Assembly (NCBI GenBank): GCA_044376115.1 | Contig: JBILLK010000008.1 | Span: 128,001 to 192,000, forward strand | Origin: Polyangiaceae bacterium | GTDB lineage: Bacteria > Myxococcota_A > Polyangia > Polyangiales > Polyangiaceae | Direction of reading: 5' to 3' | DNA: 64,000 nt | Shown here: positions 48,312-57,659 of the stretch, piece after piece | Numbering within the stretch: position 1 is the first letter of the stretch | How the letters are laid out: each line of letters begins with the position of its first letter | Notes under the pieces: generated by a model | What the model was told of the DNA's origin: nothing | Seen by the model: the letters and a program-made list of their open reading frames with translations, nothing else | Database searches by the model: none | Program-made: the position numbers and the translations under genes

Positions 48312-49613
48312 TTGCTTCTCGTGATTGAGGCGCGACCGAGTCGCAGCTTGGTGGGAGCAGCGCTGGGCCTGCCGTTTGTCACCGCCAGCATCGTTCTCGG
48401 GCTGCTGCTCGGTCCTGGCAAAAAGCAGCCGGTGCTGGGTGCGCGCGTGTACTCAGCTGAAGAAGCGCCCCGCTCGCTGCGCGTCGAGACGGTGGAGCGC
48501 AGCGGCAGCATCGAGCGCCCCATCGCAATGGCTCTACGATTCGAGGGCAACGGGGAGAGTATCGCGTTGCAAACGAGCGAGCGCGGAACCGGCGAGCTGA
48601 TACTAAGCGCGCCGCTTAGCGCTGGGCTCCCGGTCAAGCTGCACAGCGAAAGCCAGCTGCTACTGGATAGTCCCTTCAGCGCCGGCGAAGCGCAGTCGGC
48701 GGAAGTGGCGATGCCTTGGAGCTTTGGCCAAACGGGCTTGCGCGTGCACGTCCGTGTCGAAAACGGCGACCTCGCCCCGCCGTTCCCGAGCGTCCTCAAG
48801 CTCGCCACGACGCGGGATGGTCAACCGGTGGACGCTGAGGTCGAAGTAACGTTCGCGTCCGCTGAGCCCGAAACCTCCCGGGTCAGCACAGGCGCTACCG
48901 GGCTCGCTCGCTTGCCTTTCACTCCCATCGCCGCGCCGGTGCAACTCAGCGTCGAGGCCAACTACCGCGGGGAGCGTGCGCGCAAGAGCGGTACCCTGCT
49001 CACCAAACTCGCCGCAATCCACGCACGTGACCTCGGTGACGCCGTGGAACTTACGAGCCCTTCCCCGCGCGAGGTCGCCTACTTCTCCGTGGTTGGCCCG
49101 GGTGGGCGCGAGCACGGCGGTGAGGTCGACCTAAATCCGACGGAAGACGGCTTCTTTCGCGCTCGGATCGAGAAACCAGGCGGCCGCTTGTTGCTCACCT
49201 CGCCCACCGCGGCGGAGGACCCAGCGCGCACGGCCGTATGGAGCTTTGGCGCAACAGCCCCGTTTTGTGATCCCGAGGCCACGCTCAAATCGCAGCTATG
49301 CGAGCCCATCCCCGAGCTTCTGACGCTTCGCCTGGACAGCCTCCCCGCCAACGAAGCACGCGAAGATCGTCGTGTTGCGGCGATCCGCGGCAAGACGCTC
49401 ACCTTCCTGTCGCTCGCGCTTGCGGTGGAGATCGCCTTGGTGTTGCTCTTGGCCCGAGGCAGGCGAGCAACAGCGCCGCAGGTAAGCGAGGACAACCTAA
49501 ACCCCGACTATGCCATAAAGCGCAGTCATCCTTTGGCGGAACCGGCCTTCGTCGTCGTGCTGATTCTTGTCGGGGTGATGTTCGCGCTGTGGGGCTGGGT
49601 GCTCCGCTCCTAA
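48312..49613 (+). CDS. Hypothetical membrane protein
   Basis: N-terminal TM, beta-rich middle, two C-terminal TMs; start uncertain. Confidence 0.68.
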   Translation: MLLVIEARPSRSLVGAALGLPFVTASIVLGLLLGPGKKQPVLGARVYSAEEAPRSLRVETVERSGSIERPIAMALRFEGNGESIALQTSERGTGELILSAPLSAGLPVKLHSESQLLLDSPFSAGEAQSAEVAMPWSFGQTGLRVHVRVENGDLAPPFPSVLKLATTRDGQPVDAEVEVTFASAEPETSRVSTGATGLARLPFTPIAAPVQLSVEANYRGERARKSGTLLTKLAAIHARDLGDAVELTSPSPREVAYFSVVGPGGREHGGEVDLNPTEDGFFRARIEKPGGRLLLTSPTAAEDPARTAVWSFGATAPFCDPEATLKSQLCEPIPELLTLRLDSLPANEAREDRRVAAIRGKTLTFLSLALAVEIALVLLLARGRRATAPQVSEDNLNPDYAIKRSHPLAEPAFVVVLILVGVMFALWGWVLRS

Positions 49614-49664
49614 CCTCGGTTCACGTCATCCGTGCTATTCGGGGTGCTCCTAAACGAAGGTCCT

Positions 49665-50870
49665 ATGCTCGTTCTTTTCGTTGCGCCTTACTTCACTGAG
49701 AACGCGAAGCGCTATCTCGACTACGTGACTCGCCACGCGCAGGTCCTGCTGATAACGCAGGATGATCCAGCGCTGCTCGCGCCCGAGCTGCGCGCGCGGA
49801 TCGTTCGTGCAGAACGCGTGAGCGATGCGCTCGACAAGGCCCAGATCGTGGTCGCTGCCAATGAGTTGCAAAGGCTGGAGGGGCCCGTAGCCCAGCTGCT
49901 CGGCGTCGTGGAGCAACTGCAAGTCCCACTGGCCGAAGCACGAGCAGAGTTGAACCTTCCAGGGATGCGCCCGAACGAAGCGCTGAACTTCCGCGACAAA
50001 ACGCGCATGAAGGAGCTGCTTCGGCAAGCAGGGCTGCCTGTGGCTCGCTTTCAATTGGTGGATAGCACCGAGGCGGCGCTGCGCTTTGCCGCAGAGGTTG
50101 GCTACCCGCTGGTCGTTAAACCGCCTGCAGGCGCGGCTTCGCAAGCAACCTTCTTTGCGCAGGATGAAGCGGTGTTGCGCAATGCGCTCGCTCTCGCCAG
50201 CGCCGAAGCACGCGGCGCGGTATTGCTCGAGGAGCTCGTGACCGGGCAAGAGCACTCCTTCGACGCCTTTGTGCAGGGCGGGCAACTCAAGTTTTATTCG
50301 GTATCCAATTATCTGCCTTCCTGTTTGGAGGTCATGCGCAACCCTTGGATGCAATGGGTGGTCGTGCTTCCGCGAGAATACGAGTCCCAAGACATCGCAG
50401 AGGCGGGCGCTAAAGCGCTTTCAGTCCTGGGGCTGCACACAGGGATGTGTCACCTCGAATGGTTCCGTCGCGCGAACGGCGAGCTCGTGATCTCGGAGGT
50501 CGGAGCAAGGCCCCCCGGGGCGCAATTCCCAACGATGATCTCGCGCGCTCACGACAGCGACTGCCTCGAGAGCTGGGCCAACCTGCTGGTCAATGGCGAA
50601 TGGCGGCCGTTACCCGAGCGTCGCTTCGCCGCGGGCACGGCCTACTTGCGCGGACAAGGAGAAGGACGTGTCCGCGCGGTTCATGGGCTGGAGGCGATTG
50701 AACAAGAGCTAGGAGCCCTCATCTGCGACCGTCGCTTGCCTTCGCTCGGGCAGCCCAAGTCGCCATCCTACGAGGGAGAAGGCTTCATCATGGTAAAGCA
50801 CCCAGAGACCCAGGTCGTTGAGCAGGCGCTCATGCACATTGTTTCCAATGTTCGAGTCGAGCTCGGCTGA
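49665..50870 (+). CDS. ATP-grasp domain ligase (amino-acid ligase / carboxylase-like)
   Basis: FRDKTRMKE, GYPLVVKPPAGAAS, LEE, HLEWF, SEVGARPPG. Confidence 0.88.
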   Translation: MLVLFVAPYFTENAKRYLDYVTRHAQVLLITQDDPALLAPELRARIVRAERVSDALDKAQIVVAANELQRLEGPVAQLLGVVEQLQVPLAEARAELNLPGMRPNEALNFRDKTRMKELLRQAGLPVARFQLVDSTEAALRFAAEVGYPLVVKPPAGAASQATFFAQDEAVLRNALALASAEARGAVLLEELVTGQEHSFDAFVQGGQLKFYSVSNYLPSCLEVMRNPWMQWVVVLPREYESQDIAEAGAKALSVLGLHTGMCHLEWFRRANGELVISEVGARPPGAQFPTMISRAHDSDCLESWANLLVNGEWRPLPERRFAAGTAYLRGQGEGRVRAVHGLEAIEQELGALICDRRLPSLGQPKSPSYEGEGFIMVKHPETQVVEQALMHIVSNVRVELG

Positions 50871-50873
50871 GCC

Positions 50874-52670
50874 ATGCGAGACGCGCACAGCTTCGCCGAG
50901 CCAGAAAGCGCCCGAATCACCCATCTAAAGCTGGAGCTCCACGTCGACTTCAACGAGCGCCAGCTCTCGGGCACGGCGGGCTTTGAGCTGCAATGCGCGA
51001 AGGGATGCAATGAGGTCATCTTTGATACGCGTAAACTCACGATCCGGCAGGTCACCGACTCGAGCGGACGTTCGCTCGATTACGAATTAGCGCAAGAGGC
51101 CCCGGTCCTCGGAGCCAAGCTCACCGTAAAACTACCCGCGAACGTCACCAGCGTCGTCATCCACTACACAACCTCGCCAGAGGCTGAGGCGCTGCAATGG
51201 TTGACCGCAGAGCAGACCGCTTCGGGGCGCTCCCCCTTTCTCTTCACCCAGGGTCACGCGATCCAAACGCGCAGTTGGATCCCCATCCAAGACAGCCCGG
51301 GCATTCGATTTACCTATGAGGCGCGCATCACCGTGCCCCCCCCGCTCGTCGCAGTCATGAGCGCCGAACACCTCGGAGTGGATTCGGTCCGTGTTGACAA
51401 CACCTTCGGCTTCCGCATGATGGAACCGATACCGGCTTATCTCGTCGCACTGGCCGTCGGCGACCTCGCCTCGCGTACGATTGGACCGCGCACAGCCGTT
51501 TACGCGGAGCCCGTTACGCTCGAGCGGGCAGCCTTCGAATTCGCCGAAATGGAACGTATGGTCGAGGCGGCTGAGGCTCTGGTAGGGCGTTATCGCTGGG
51601 GCCGCTTCGACCTTGTGGTGATGCCGCCCTCGTTCCCTTATGGCGGTATGGAGAACCCCCGGCTCACCTTCGTTTCGCCCAGCCTACTCGCCGGTGACCG
51701 ATCGCTCACAACGGTGGTTGCCCACGAACTCGCCCATGCTTGGGCCGGCAACCTGGTGACCAACGCCACCTGGAATGACTTCTGGATCAACGAGGGCACG
51801 ACCGTCTATTTGGAGCTGCGGCTGCACGAGCTCCTATGGGGCAAAGAGCGCGCTTTACTCCTTCAAAACTGGGGTTTCCGAGAGCTCGCCTCGGAGGTTA
51901 CGCGCATGGGAGCCTCCTCGCCGGATACACGTTTAGCCTACGAGATGGCTGGTCGTGATCCAGCCGAAGGGGTGACCGTCATTCCGTATCTCAAAGGTGC
52001 GGCCTTCTTTTGGGCCATCGAGAAGGCGGTCGGACGCTCGGCGCTCGACGCTTGGTTGGTTGGCTGGTTCAACCGCCAGGCCTTTCGCTCGGTGACCACC
52101 GAGCAACTGCTCAGCGACCTCCGTACACATTTGTTTGAGGCGCTGCCAGGGAAGGCGCTCCCACTCGATCTCGAAGGCTGGGTGCACGACCCAGGCCTCC
52201 CCGAGAGCGGGAGGCCGCCGCCTTCTATGATATTGAATGAGGTCGAGACCGCCGCGGCTGACGCGCTCGCGAATAGAAGCTTAGCAGCCCTCGACACCGC
52301 CAATTGGTCGCCACAAGCCTGGCGCCACTTCCTCGGCGTCTTGCTCGCCGGCCGGCCGGCGCTCGCCGTTTTGACCGCTATTGAAGCCCAATTCTCCTTG
52401 TCCAAGAGCCACAACGCAGAGGTGCTCTTGCCCTGGTTGCGGCTCCAGGTTCAAGCGGGCAATCAAGGAGCTACCCCAGAGCTCAAGAGCTTCCTCTCCG
52501 AACAAGGCCGAACTCGTTTCTTGAGGCCGCTCTACGCTGAATTACTAGGCAGCGAGTGGGGCGATTCGTTGGCACGCGATACCTATGCCGAGTGCCAAGG
52601 GCGGTACCACTCGTTGGTCCGCTCGAGCTTAGACAAGCTCTTCCGCGAAGCTCGAAAGCAGCCGCTATAA
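50874..52670 (+). CDS. M1 aminopeptidase (leukotriene A4 hydrolase-like)
   Basis: GGMEN, HELAHAW-N18-E (NEG), PYLKG. Confidence 0.94.
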   Translation: MRDAHSFAEPESARITHLKLELHVDFNERQLSGTAGFELQCAKGCNEVIFDTRKLTIRQVTDSSGRSLDYELAQEAPVLGAKLTVKLPANVTSVVIHYTTSPEAEALQWLTAEQTASGRSPFLFTQGHAIQTRSWIPIQDSPGIRFTYEARITVPPPLVAVMSAEHLGVDSVRVDNTFGFRMMEPIPAYLVALAVGDLASRTIGPRTAVYAEPVTLERAAFEFAEMERMVEAAEALVGRYRWGRFDLVVMPPSFPYGGMENPRLTFVSPSLLAGDRSLTTVVAHELAHAWAGNLVTNATWNDFWINEGTTVYLELRLHELLWGKERALLLQNWGFRELASEVTRMGASSPDTRLAYEMAGRDPAEGVTVIPYLKGAAFFWAIEKAVGRSALDAWLVGWFNRQAFRSVTTEQLLSDLRTHLFEALPGKALPLDLEGWVHDPGLPESGRPPPSMILNEVETAAADALANRSLAALDTANWSPQAWRHFLGVLLAGRPALAVLTAIEAQFSLSKSHNAEVLLPWLRLQVQAGNQGATPELKSFLSEQGRTRFLRPLYAELLGSEWGDSLARDTYAECQGRYHSLVRSSLDKLFREARKQPL

Positions 52671-53099
52671 CGCTGGCTCGATCGCCCGCAGACCCGTTGG
52701 CTTCGGCGCTGGCGCCGGAGCGTCACCAACTTGCGCAAACGCAAGGTCGATCGTCTTGATCGCAGCGCGCAACCTCACCTGCGTCAGCCGGCTTTTCGCC
52801 AATAGCTCGTAGGCCTCGACGCAGTCGCGATACTCCTCACGCTTCCCCAAGCGAACCGGTAGTTCACGCTCGACCGGCCTGCCTGCCGCCAAGTCGAGCA
52901 GTGACTCTGCAATCAGAGCCCGCTCGTGCTCCGACTGGGCCGTCTTACGCAACTTTCTTTCAGCGGCACCAATCCGCGCCTCGAGCTTCTCGTCCTCGGC
53001 TTCACTCGACTCGAGCTAGGCGACCAAACCGAGCCGCTGGAGGCTCAGCTCACGAAGCACCACGGCCGCGCACAAAACGAAGCTGCTCTTGAGGCTCAC
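52665..53099 (-). pseudogene. Hypothetical gene with an in-frame TAG at codon 28 (53016-53018)
   Basis: TAGAGT-7nt-GTG at 53099 is in frame with track ORF 52665..52952; one TAG interrupts 145 codons. Confidence 0.5.
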
Positions 53100-53159
53100 G
53101 GGTAGCACTCTAGCGAAGAACAGGCTCAAGCACGATCCCAGCCGGACGGGCGACGGGCT

Positions 53160-53660
53160 TCATCCCAAGCCATTAGCGCCCTGGTTCTGAAGCCACCTCT
53201 TCGCGCTCTCGGCGCTGAGCTTGAAGTCAGGTGCAACGCGCGTTCGGGAAACGACGGTATCCGAGCGGTCGAACACCGTCAGCACGGCGTGCGGATCCTC
53301 CTCATCCGGGACAATGTCCAGGTCGACGCGCACCCGACCGTCTTCCCCCTCCGCCATCACCGTGCGGTGAAGCTGAGCTCGACGCTGTTGCGCGTGCCTC
53401 ATCATGATTTCGTTTGCGCCGCGAAGTAGTACCGCAAAGGCACTCGCATCGAGAGGCTTCGGGTTCTTCTTGTCCCGCCCCATGGTCCAAGGCCCGACGA
53501 GGGACGGCTCCATAGCGCCGTCCGCGGTCATCGCGACCGCCCACCCGTCATCGTCCTCGTTCTTGATGATCCGCGCCGTCCAACCATCAGCGCAAAACAC
53601 GCGCGTATCCTGAGCCTGATCGTCCGTGGTCTCTTCCGAATCCGAAGGCGCTTTACTCAT
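53160..53660 (-). CDS. Hypothetical protein
   Basis: 166 aa; conserved-looking GPWTMGRDKKNPKPLD; TAGGGT 8 nt before the ATG. Confidence 0.75.
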   Translation of the reverse strand: MSKAPSDSEETTDDQAQDTRVFCADGWTARIIKNEDDDGWAVAMTADGAMEPSLVGPWTMGRDKKNPKPLDASAFAVLLRGANEIMMRHAQQRRAQLHRTVMAEGEDGRVRVDLDIVPDEEDPHAVLTVFDRSDTVVSRTRVAPDFKLSAESAKRWLQNQGANGLG

Positions 53661-53714
53661 TGGGCGTGACCCTACTCGCTCGTCGGCCTGATCGATAGCG
53701 GCAGGAGAGTGACC

Positions 53715-54713
53715 TCAGCTGCGTTTTGCCACCGCAAGTTCGTTGGCTGCAGCTTTGGCGCTTCGCGCTTCGGGATTGCCTTCGCTGCGCAACGCCACCA
53801 CGGCTCCTACGCCGAGCACCACCAGCCCCCCGCCGAGCAGGGTTTGCAGGCGAACGGTCTCGCCTCCGAGCAGAACCCCGAGCAGCGCGGCGATCGTTGG
53901 ATTGACATAAGCGTAGCTCGTAGCCACGCTCGGGCGGGCATTGCGCAGTAGATAGGCGTAGGCAGTAAACGCGACCATCGATCCAGCGACGACCAAATAG
54001 AGCCACGAAAGGCTCGCGCGGCTTGAGCTAGCCGAAGGCAGCCGCTCCCCTAGCACAACGCCCAACAGCAGTGCCGCAAGGCCGCCGAGGATCATCGGGA
54101 GAGCGGCGCTCATGACGCTGCTCTGAAGGCGCTGCCGCCTCGTTAGCCGAGAACCAAGCGCCCAACCAAACGGTGCCAAGAGCAGGAGCACGCTCGCTCC
54201 ATTGAGCCTGGAAACAGCCGAGAGCGGACCCAAGGTCATCACAGTAAGACCAGCAAACCCCAGCACCAGGCCAACAACTTCAACTCGTCGTGGACGCTCC
54301 CCCACGAGCGCGCCCATGAGCACCATGACGAGCGGCATCGCCCCGCAAACGATGGCTGCCTCGGCGCTCGAAACTTCCCGCTCCGCCATCGACACGAAGC
54401 CGTTGCCTACGAGGAACAGCAATATCCCAGGGAGGATGGCCCGCGCGACATCACCTCGCGAAGGGATGCTCGCGCCTTGCCAACGCGCGATCAGAAATAG
54501 GGCGCTCCCAGCGAGCACAAACCGAGCACCCGCTGACAACATTGGTGGGTAGGCCATCACCACCCAACGCAACGCCAGATAGGTTGAACTCCAGATCGTG
54601 TAGACCGTGAGCAAGGCCAAAGGCACGAGCACCCTTGGCCCGCCAAAACGCCGAGCGACGGGTCGCACCAAACCGGCGGCCAATGGCATTGGGGATTGCA
54701 TGGCCGGCACCAT
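53715..54713 (-). CDS. EamA/DMT transporter (YedA-like)
   Basis: IWSSTYL, ARFVLAG, SMVAFTAYAYLL, SYAYVNPTIAALLG. Confidence 0.92.
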   Translation of the reverse strand: MVPAMQSPMPLAAGLVRPVARRFGGPRVLVPLALLTVYTIWSSTYLALRWVVMAYPPMLSAGARFVLAGSALFLIARWQGASIPSRGDVARAILPGILLFLVGNGFVSMAEREVSSAEAAIVCGAMPLVMVLMGALVGERPRRVEVVGLVLGFAGLTVMTLGPLSAVSRLNGASVLLLLAPFGWALGSRLTRRQRLQSSVMSAALPMILGGLAALLLGVVLGERLPSASSSRASLSWLYLVVAGSMVAFTAYAYLLRNARPSVATSYAYVNPTIAALLGVLLGGETVRLQTLLGGGLVVLGVGAVVALRSEGNPEARSAKAAANELAVAKRS

Positions 54714-54783
54714 GGCACGTCCTAAGAACCGCCGCCGGTACAGCTGCGAAGGCCCACGACCAGTGCAGATTCAAAGCCATCGT

Positions 54784-55764
54784 TTAGGCAGCGGGCTTGG
54801 CAGCTTGCTGAGGCACAAGGTCTGGCGGAGCCAGCTGCCAGCTAATGAACCCCACGCTTGCGAGGGTCGCGTGAATGAGCACGAACAACACGAGCCCAAA
54901 CACAACGCCACTGCTGGCCGAGTGCCCAAGCATTGGGAATAACTGGAAGTAAAGCGCCTCGCGCAGGCCCACCCCAGAAATTGAGATCGGCACCAAGCCA
55001 ATGAGACTGCCAAGAACGACCAACGCAGATGTGTCTAAGGGCGCGAGGTCCAATCCCAAGGCAGAGGCCAAAAGCTGCCCTTGAAGACAATTCACCGCGA
55101 AGCCTAACAACGTATTTGGCATAGCCCTAAGAAAGGCAGAAGCCGAATAGGAGCGAACACTGAGCAAAACATTGGCGATCAGCCCGCCCCCCGCCGGCAA
55201 GCGGCGCGCAATCCGAAGTAAAGGTGCGTCGAATCGGTTGGTCACCACCAACGCAACGGGAAGCATCGCGCTTGCACCAACGAGCCACCAGGCAACTCCG
55301 GGCAATAAGCGGAAAGCGCCAAAGTGGACCAACGCAAGCAACGCGACGAACCCAAGCACCATCAGGTCGCAGACCCGATCCACAACGACCGAGGCGAGCC
55401 CGACGGCATAGGGCGTCCCGAGTTGGCTTTTTAGGTAGTGTGCGCGCAGTCCGTCACCGACTCGACCAGGGGTAATCATCCCCAGGTACATCGAAGAAAG
55501 GAACGCCCCCCACGCCAGCTTACGTGGATACACGATCCCTTGGGTCAAGAGCAGCCTACGCCAGCGCTCAACCTTTGTGTGCACCGCGATACCATTGAGA
55601 CTCAACGCAACCAGCAGCGGCAGGAGCGAAGCGTTGCTGACTGCCCGTGCGACCTCTGCGAGCGAATCGGTCCGCAAGAGCAGCACCGCAAGGATGAGAG
55701 GCCCCAGGAGACGAACCAACCAACGGACTGCGAAGCGACGCCTCTTGTCCGGCACGAGCGTCAC
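54784..55764 (-). CDS. Lysylphosphatidylglycerol synthase TM-like (UPF0104) flippase-like protein
   Basis: RWRRLL, TPGRVGDGLR, DRVCD, PISISGVGLRE; GTGA overlap with the methyltransferase. Confidence 0.85.
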   Translation of the reverse strand: MTLVPDKRRRFAVRWLVRLLGPLILAVLLLRTDSLAEVARAVSNASLLPLLVALSLNGIAVHTKVERWRRLLLTQGIVYPRKLAWGAFLSSMYLGMITPGRVGDGLRAHYLKSQLGTPYAVGLASVVVDRVCDLMVLGFVALLALVHFGAFRLLPGVAWWLVGASAMLPVALVVTNRFDAPLLRIARRLPAGGGLIANVLLSVRSYSASAFLRAMPNTLLGFAVNCLQGQLLASALGLDLAPLDTSALVVLGSLIGLVPISISGVGLREALYFQLFPMLGHSASSGVVFGLVLFVLIHATLASVGFISWQLAPPDLVPQQAAKPAA

Positions 55765-56384
55765 ACGAGAACTCGCGGACGAAGCAGCGCGACAATCCAA
55801 GGGAAGGTCGTGGTCATCCGTACGACCTCAAACTGCTTACTCAGCAGGTCCCGGAAGCTCCGCCGGCCCCAGTGGTTGATGTGTTCCTCATCATTGCCGA
55901 GCCGGCGCACGTTCTTGCCACGCAGAAGGTTACTGGCCATGAAAAACGGTTCATGGGGGACCGAAGCGATAACGTACTTTGGGCCCACCGATAGGATTTC
56001 CTGCAACGCGAGTTCAGGCTGTTCCAAGTGCTCGAGCACCTCACAACACAGGACTAGGTCAATGTCTCTACGGGTACGCCAGGCCGACAGGTCATACGCC
56101 GACCCGACCTGGGCCTCGATCCCAGGGAACTTGGCGCGCAACCTCCTAATGTCTGGCTCGTTGACGTCAACTCCAATGAAACTCCGGTCGGGGAAACACT
56201 CCAGTAGGTAGCCGGAAAGGAACCCTTCGCCAACGCCCACTTCGAGCACACTACGGCGCGGATCTGCTTCGACGAAATACTCCCGCACAGCCAGAGCAAA
56301 CCTGCGGATCAGCGCACGCTGAATAGGGTTTCGGCTGCGGTACTTTGCGGTATCGAAGCGTTCGAAGTGTGCATTCGTTATCAC
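55761..56384 (-). CDS. Class I SAM-dependent methyltransferase
   Basis: VLEVGVGEG, CCEVLEHL, SVPHEP, EHINHW. Confidence 0.9.
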   Translation of the reverse strand: MITNAHFERFDTAKYRSRNPIQRALIRRFALAVREYFVEADPRRSVLEVGVGEGFLSGYLLECFPDRSFIGVDVNEPDIRRLRAKFPGIEAQVGSAYDLSAWRTRRDIDLVLCCEVLEHLEQPELALQEILSVGPKYVIASVPHEPFFMASNLLRGKNVRRLGNDEEHINHWGRRSFRDLLSKQFEVVRMTTTFPWIVALLRPRVLV

Positions 56385-57493
56385 AGTCCCACCACCTGAG
56401 GAGCGCCATGAGTCGCGAGCCTAGAGCCGCTGAACGATGTGGCCTCAGCCCCATGACTCGGTCGTACGTCGCTGGCTTCAGCGGTCACGACTGCGCCGGC
56501 AACCGCCGTGCCTAGGCCAGGGCTACTAGCAAAGACGTAGTCGCGAATGGGAAGGTCCTTGGCCTTCTGCCGCTTCTGGTGAAGATAGGTGAGAAACTCC
56601 CCTAGGAAACCCATAGTAAAGAGCTGAATCCCGCCCAATATCATTAGCGTCCCCAGCATCAGCAGCGGCCTATCACCGATCCTCTGTCCGCCCGCCCATA
56701 GCAGCGTGAGGTAACAATTGATGAGGATCCCCACGAGCGCCATCGCCACGCCGAGCGCGCCGAACAAATGCATTGGCCGCTTGGAATACTTGGTAAGAAA
56801 CAGCACCGTCAGCAGGTCAAACGAGCCGCGAAAGATGCGCTCGAGACCGTAGCGAGAAGAGCCATGCTTACGAGCGTGGTGGGCTACCGGAACCTCCCCC
56901 ACCGAGAACCCTTCCCAGGAGGCCAAGGCCGGCGTGAAGCGGAACAAGTCTCCATAGATAGGAACGGATTCAATCACGGCTCTTCGATACGCTTTGAATC
57001 CGCAGTTCATATCGTGGAGCTTCACCCCCGTCAGCCTGCGCACGGCCCCATTGAATATTCGGGTCAGCACCAGCCGATTCACGGGATCCAAGCGCTTGAC
57101 CTTCCAGCCCACTACAACGTCCAATCCGCTATCCAATGCAGCCAAAAAGGCTGGGATCTCCTTTGGATCGTCCTGCAGGTCCGCGTCCATCGTCATCAGC
57201 ACCTGGCCACGAGCCTTGGAGAAGCCCGCCGATAGTGCGGTTGCTTTGCCGAAGTTTTTCCGCAACCTTATCGCATTTACGAACTCGGACTGTGCAGACA
57301 GCTCACACATCACCTTCCAGGTATCGTCACGGCTGCCATCATCGACCAAGATCAGTTCGTAGCTAACCGCCTCGGCGAGCGCCTCATGGATGCGACTCGC
57401 CAATTCCGGCAGACTTTCAGCCTCATTCAGCGCAGGAACGACAATCGAAAGAGTGGGGGCGGCTGGCTTTGTCTCAAACACTCCCGAGTTCAT
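56381..57493 (-). CDS. GT2 polyprenyl-phosphate glycosyltransferase (ArnC/GtrB-like)
   Basis: VVPALNEAESL, VDDGSRD, NFGKATAL, MDADLQD, DMNCGFKAYR and two C-terminal TMs. Confidence 0.93.
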   Translation of the reverse strand: MNSGVFETKPAAPTLSIVVPALNEAESLPELASRIHEALAEAVSYELILVDDGSRDDTWKVMCELSAQSEFVNAIRLRKNFGKATALSAGFSKARGQVLMTMDADLQDDPKEIPAFLAALDSGLDVVVGWKVKRLDPVNRLVLTRIFNGAVRRLTGVKLHDMNCGFKAYRRAVIESVPIYGDLFRFTPALASWEGFSVGEVPVAHHARKHGSSRYGLERIFRGSFDLLTVLFLTKYSKRPMHLFGALGVAMALVGILINCYLTLLWAGGQRIGDRPLLMLGTLMILGGIQLFTMGFLGEFLTYLHQKRQKAKDLPIRDYVFASSPGLGTAVAGAVVTAEASDVRPSHGAEATSFSGSRLATHGAPQVVGL

Positions 57494-57619
57494 TGTCAGG
57501 AACCTTAGGAGCCTAAGGCAAGACCAGCAATTCATGATTGGTTATTAACGACAATGTCACTGCGTGGTCACCGACGAGCCGGCTAGTGTGACGTTTGCTC
57601 CGACTATGCCGCAAGAGCG

Positions 57620-57635
57620 TGCGACAATCGTCACA
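57620..57635. promoter_or_regulatory. CRP/FNR-family-like box
   Basis: TGCGA-CAATCG-TCACA, one mismatch to TGTGA-N6-TCACA, in a divergent intergenic region. Confidence 0.35.
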
Positions 57636-57659
57636 TAGCTCGCAGATACTCGCCCGCGC

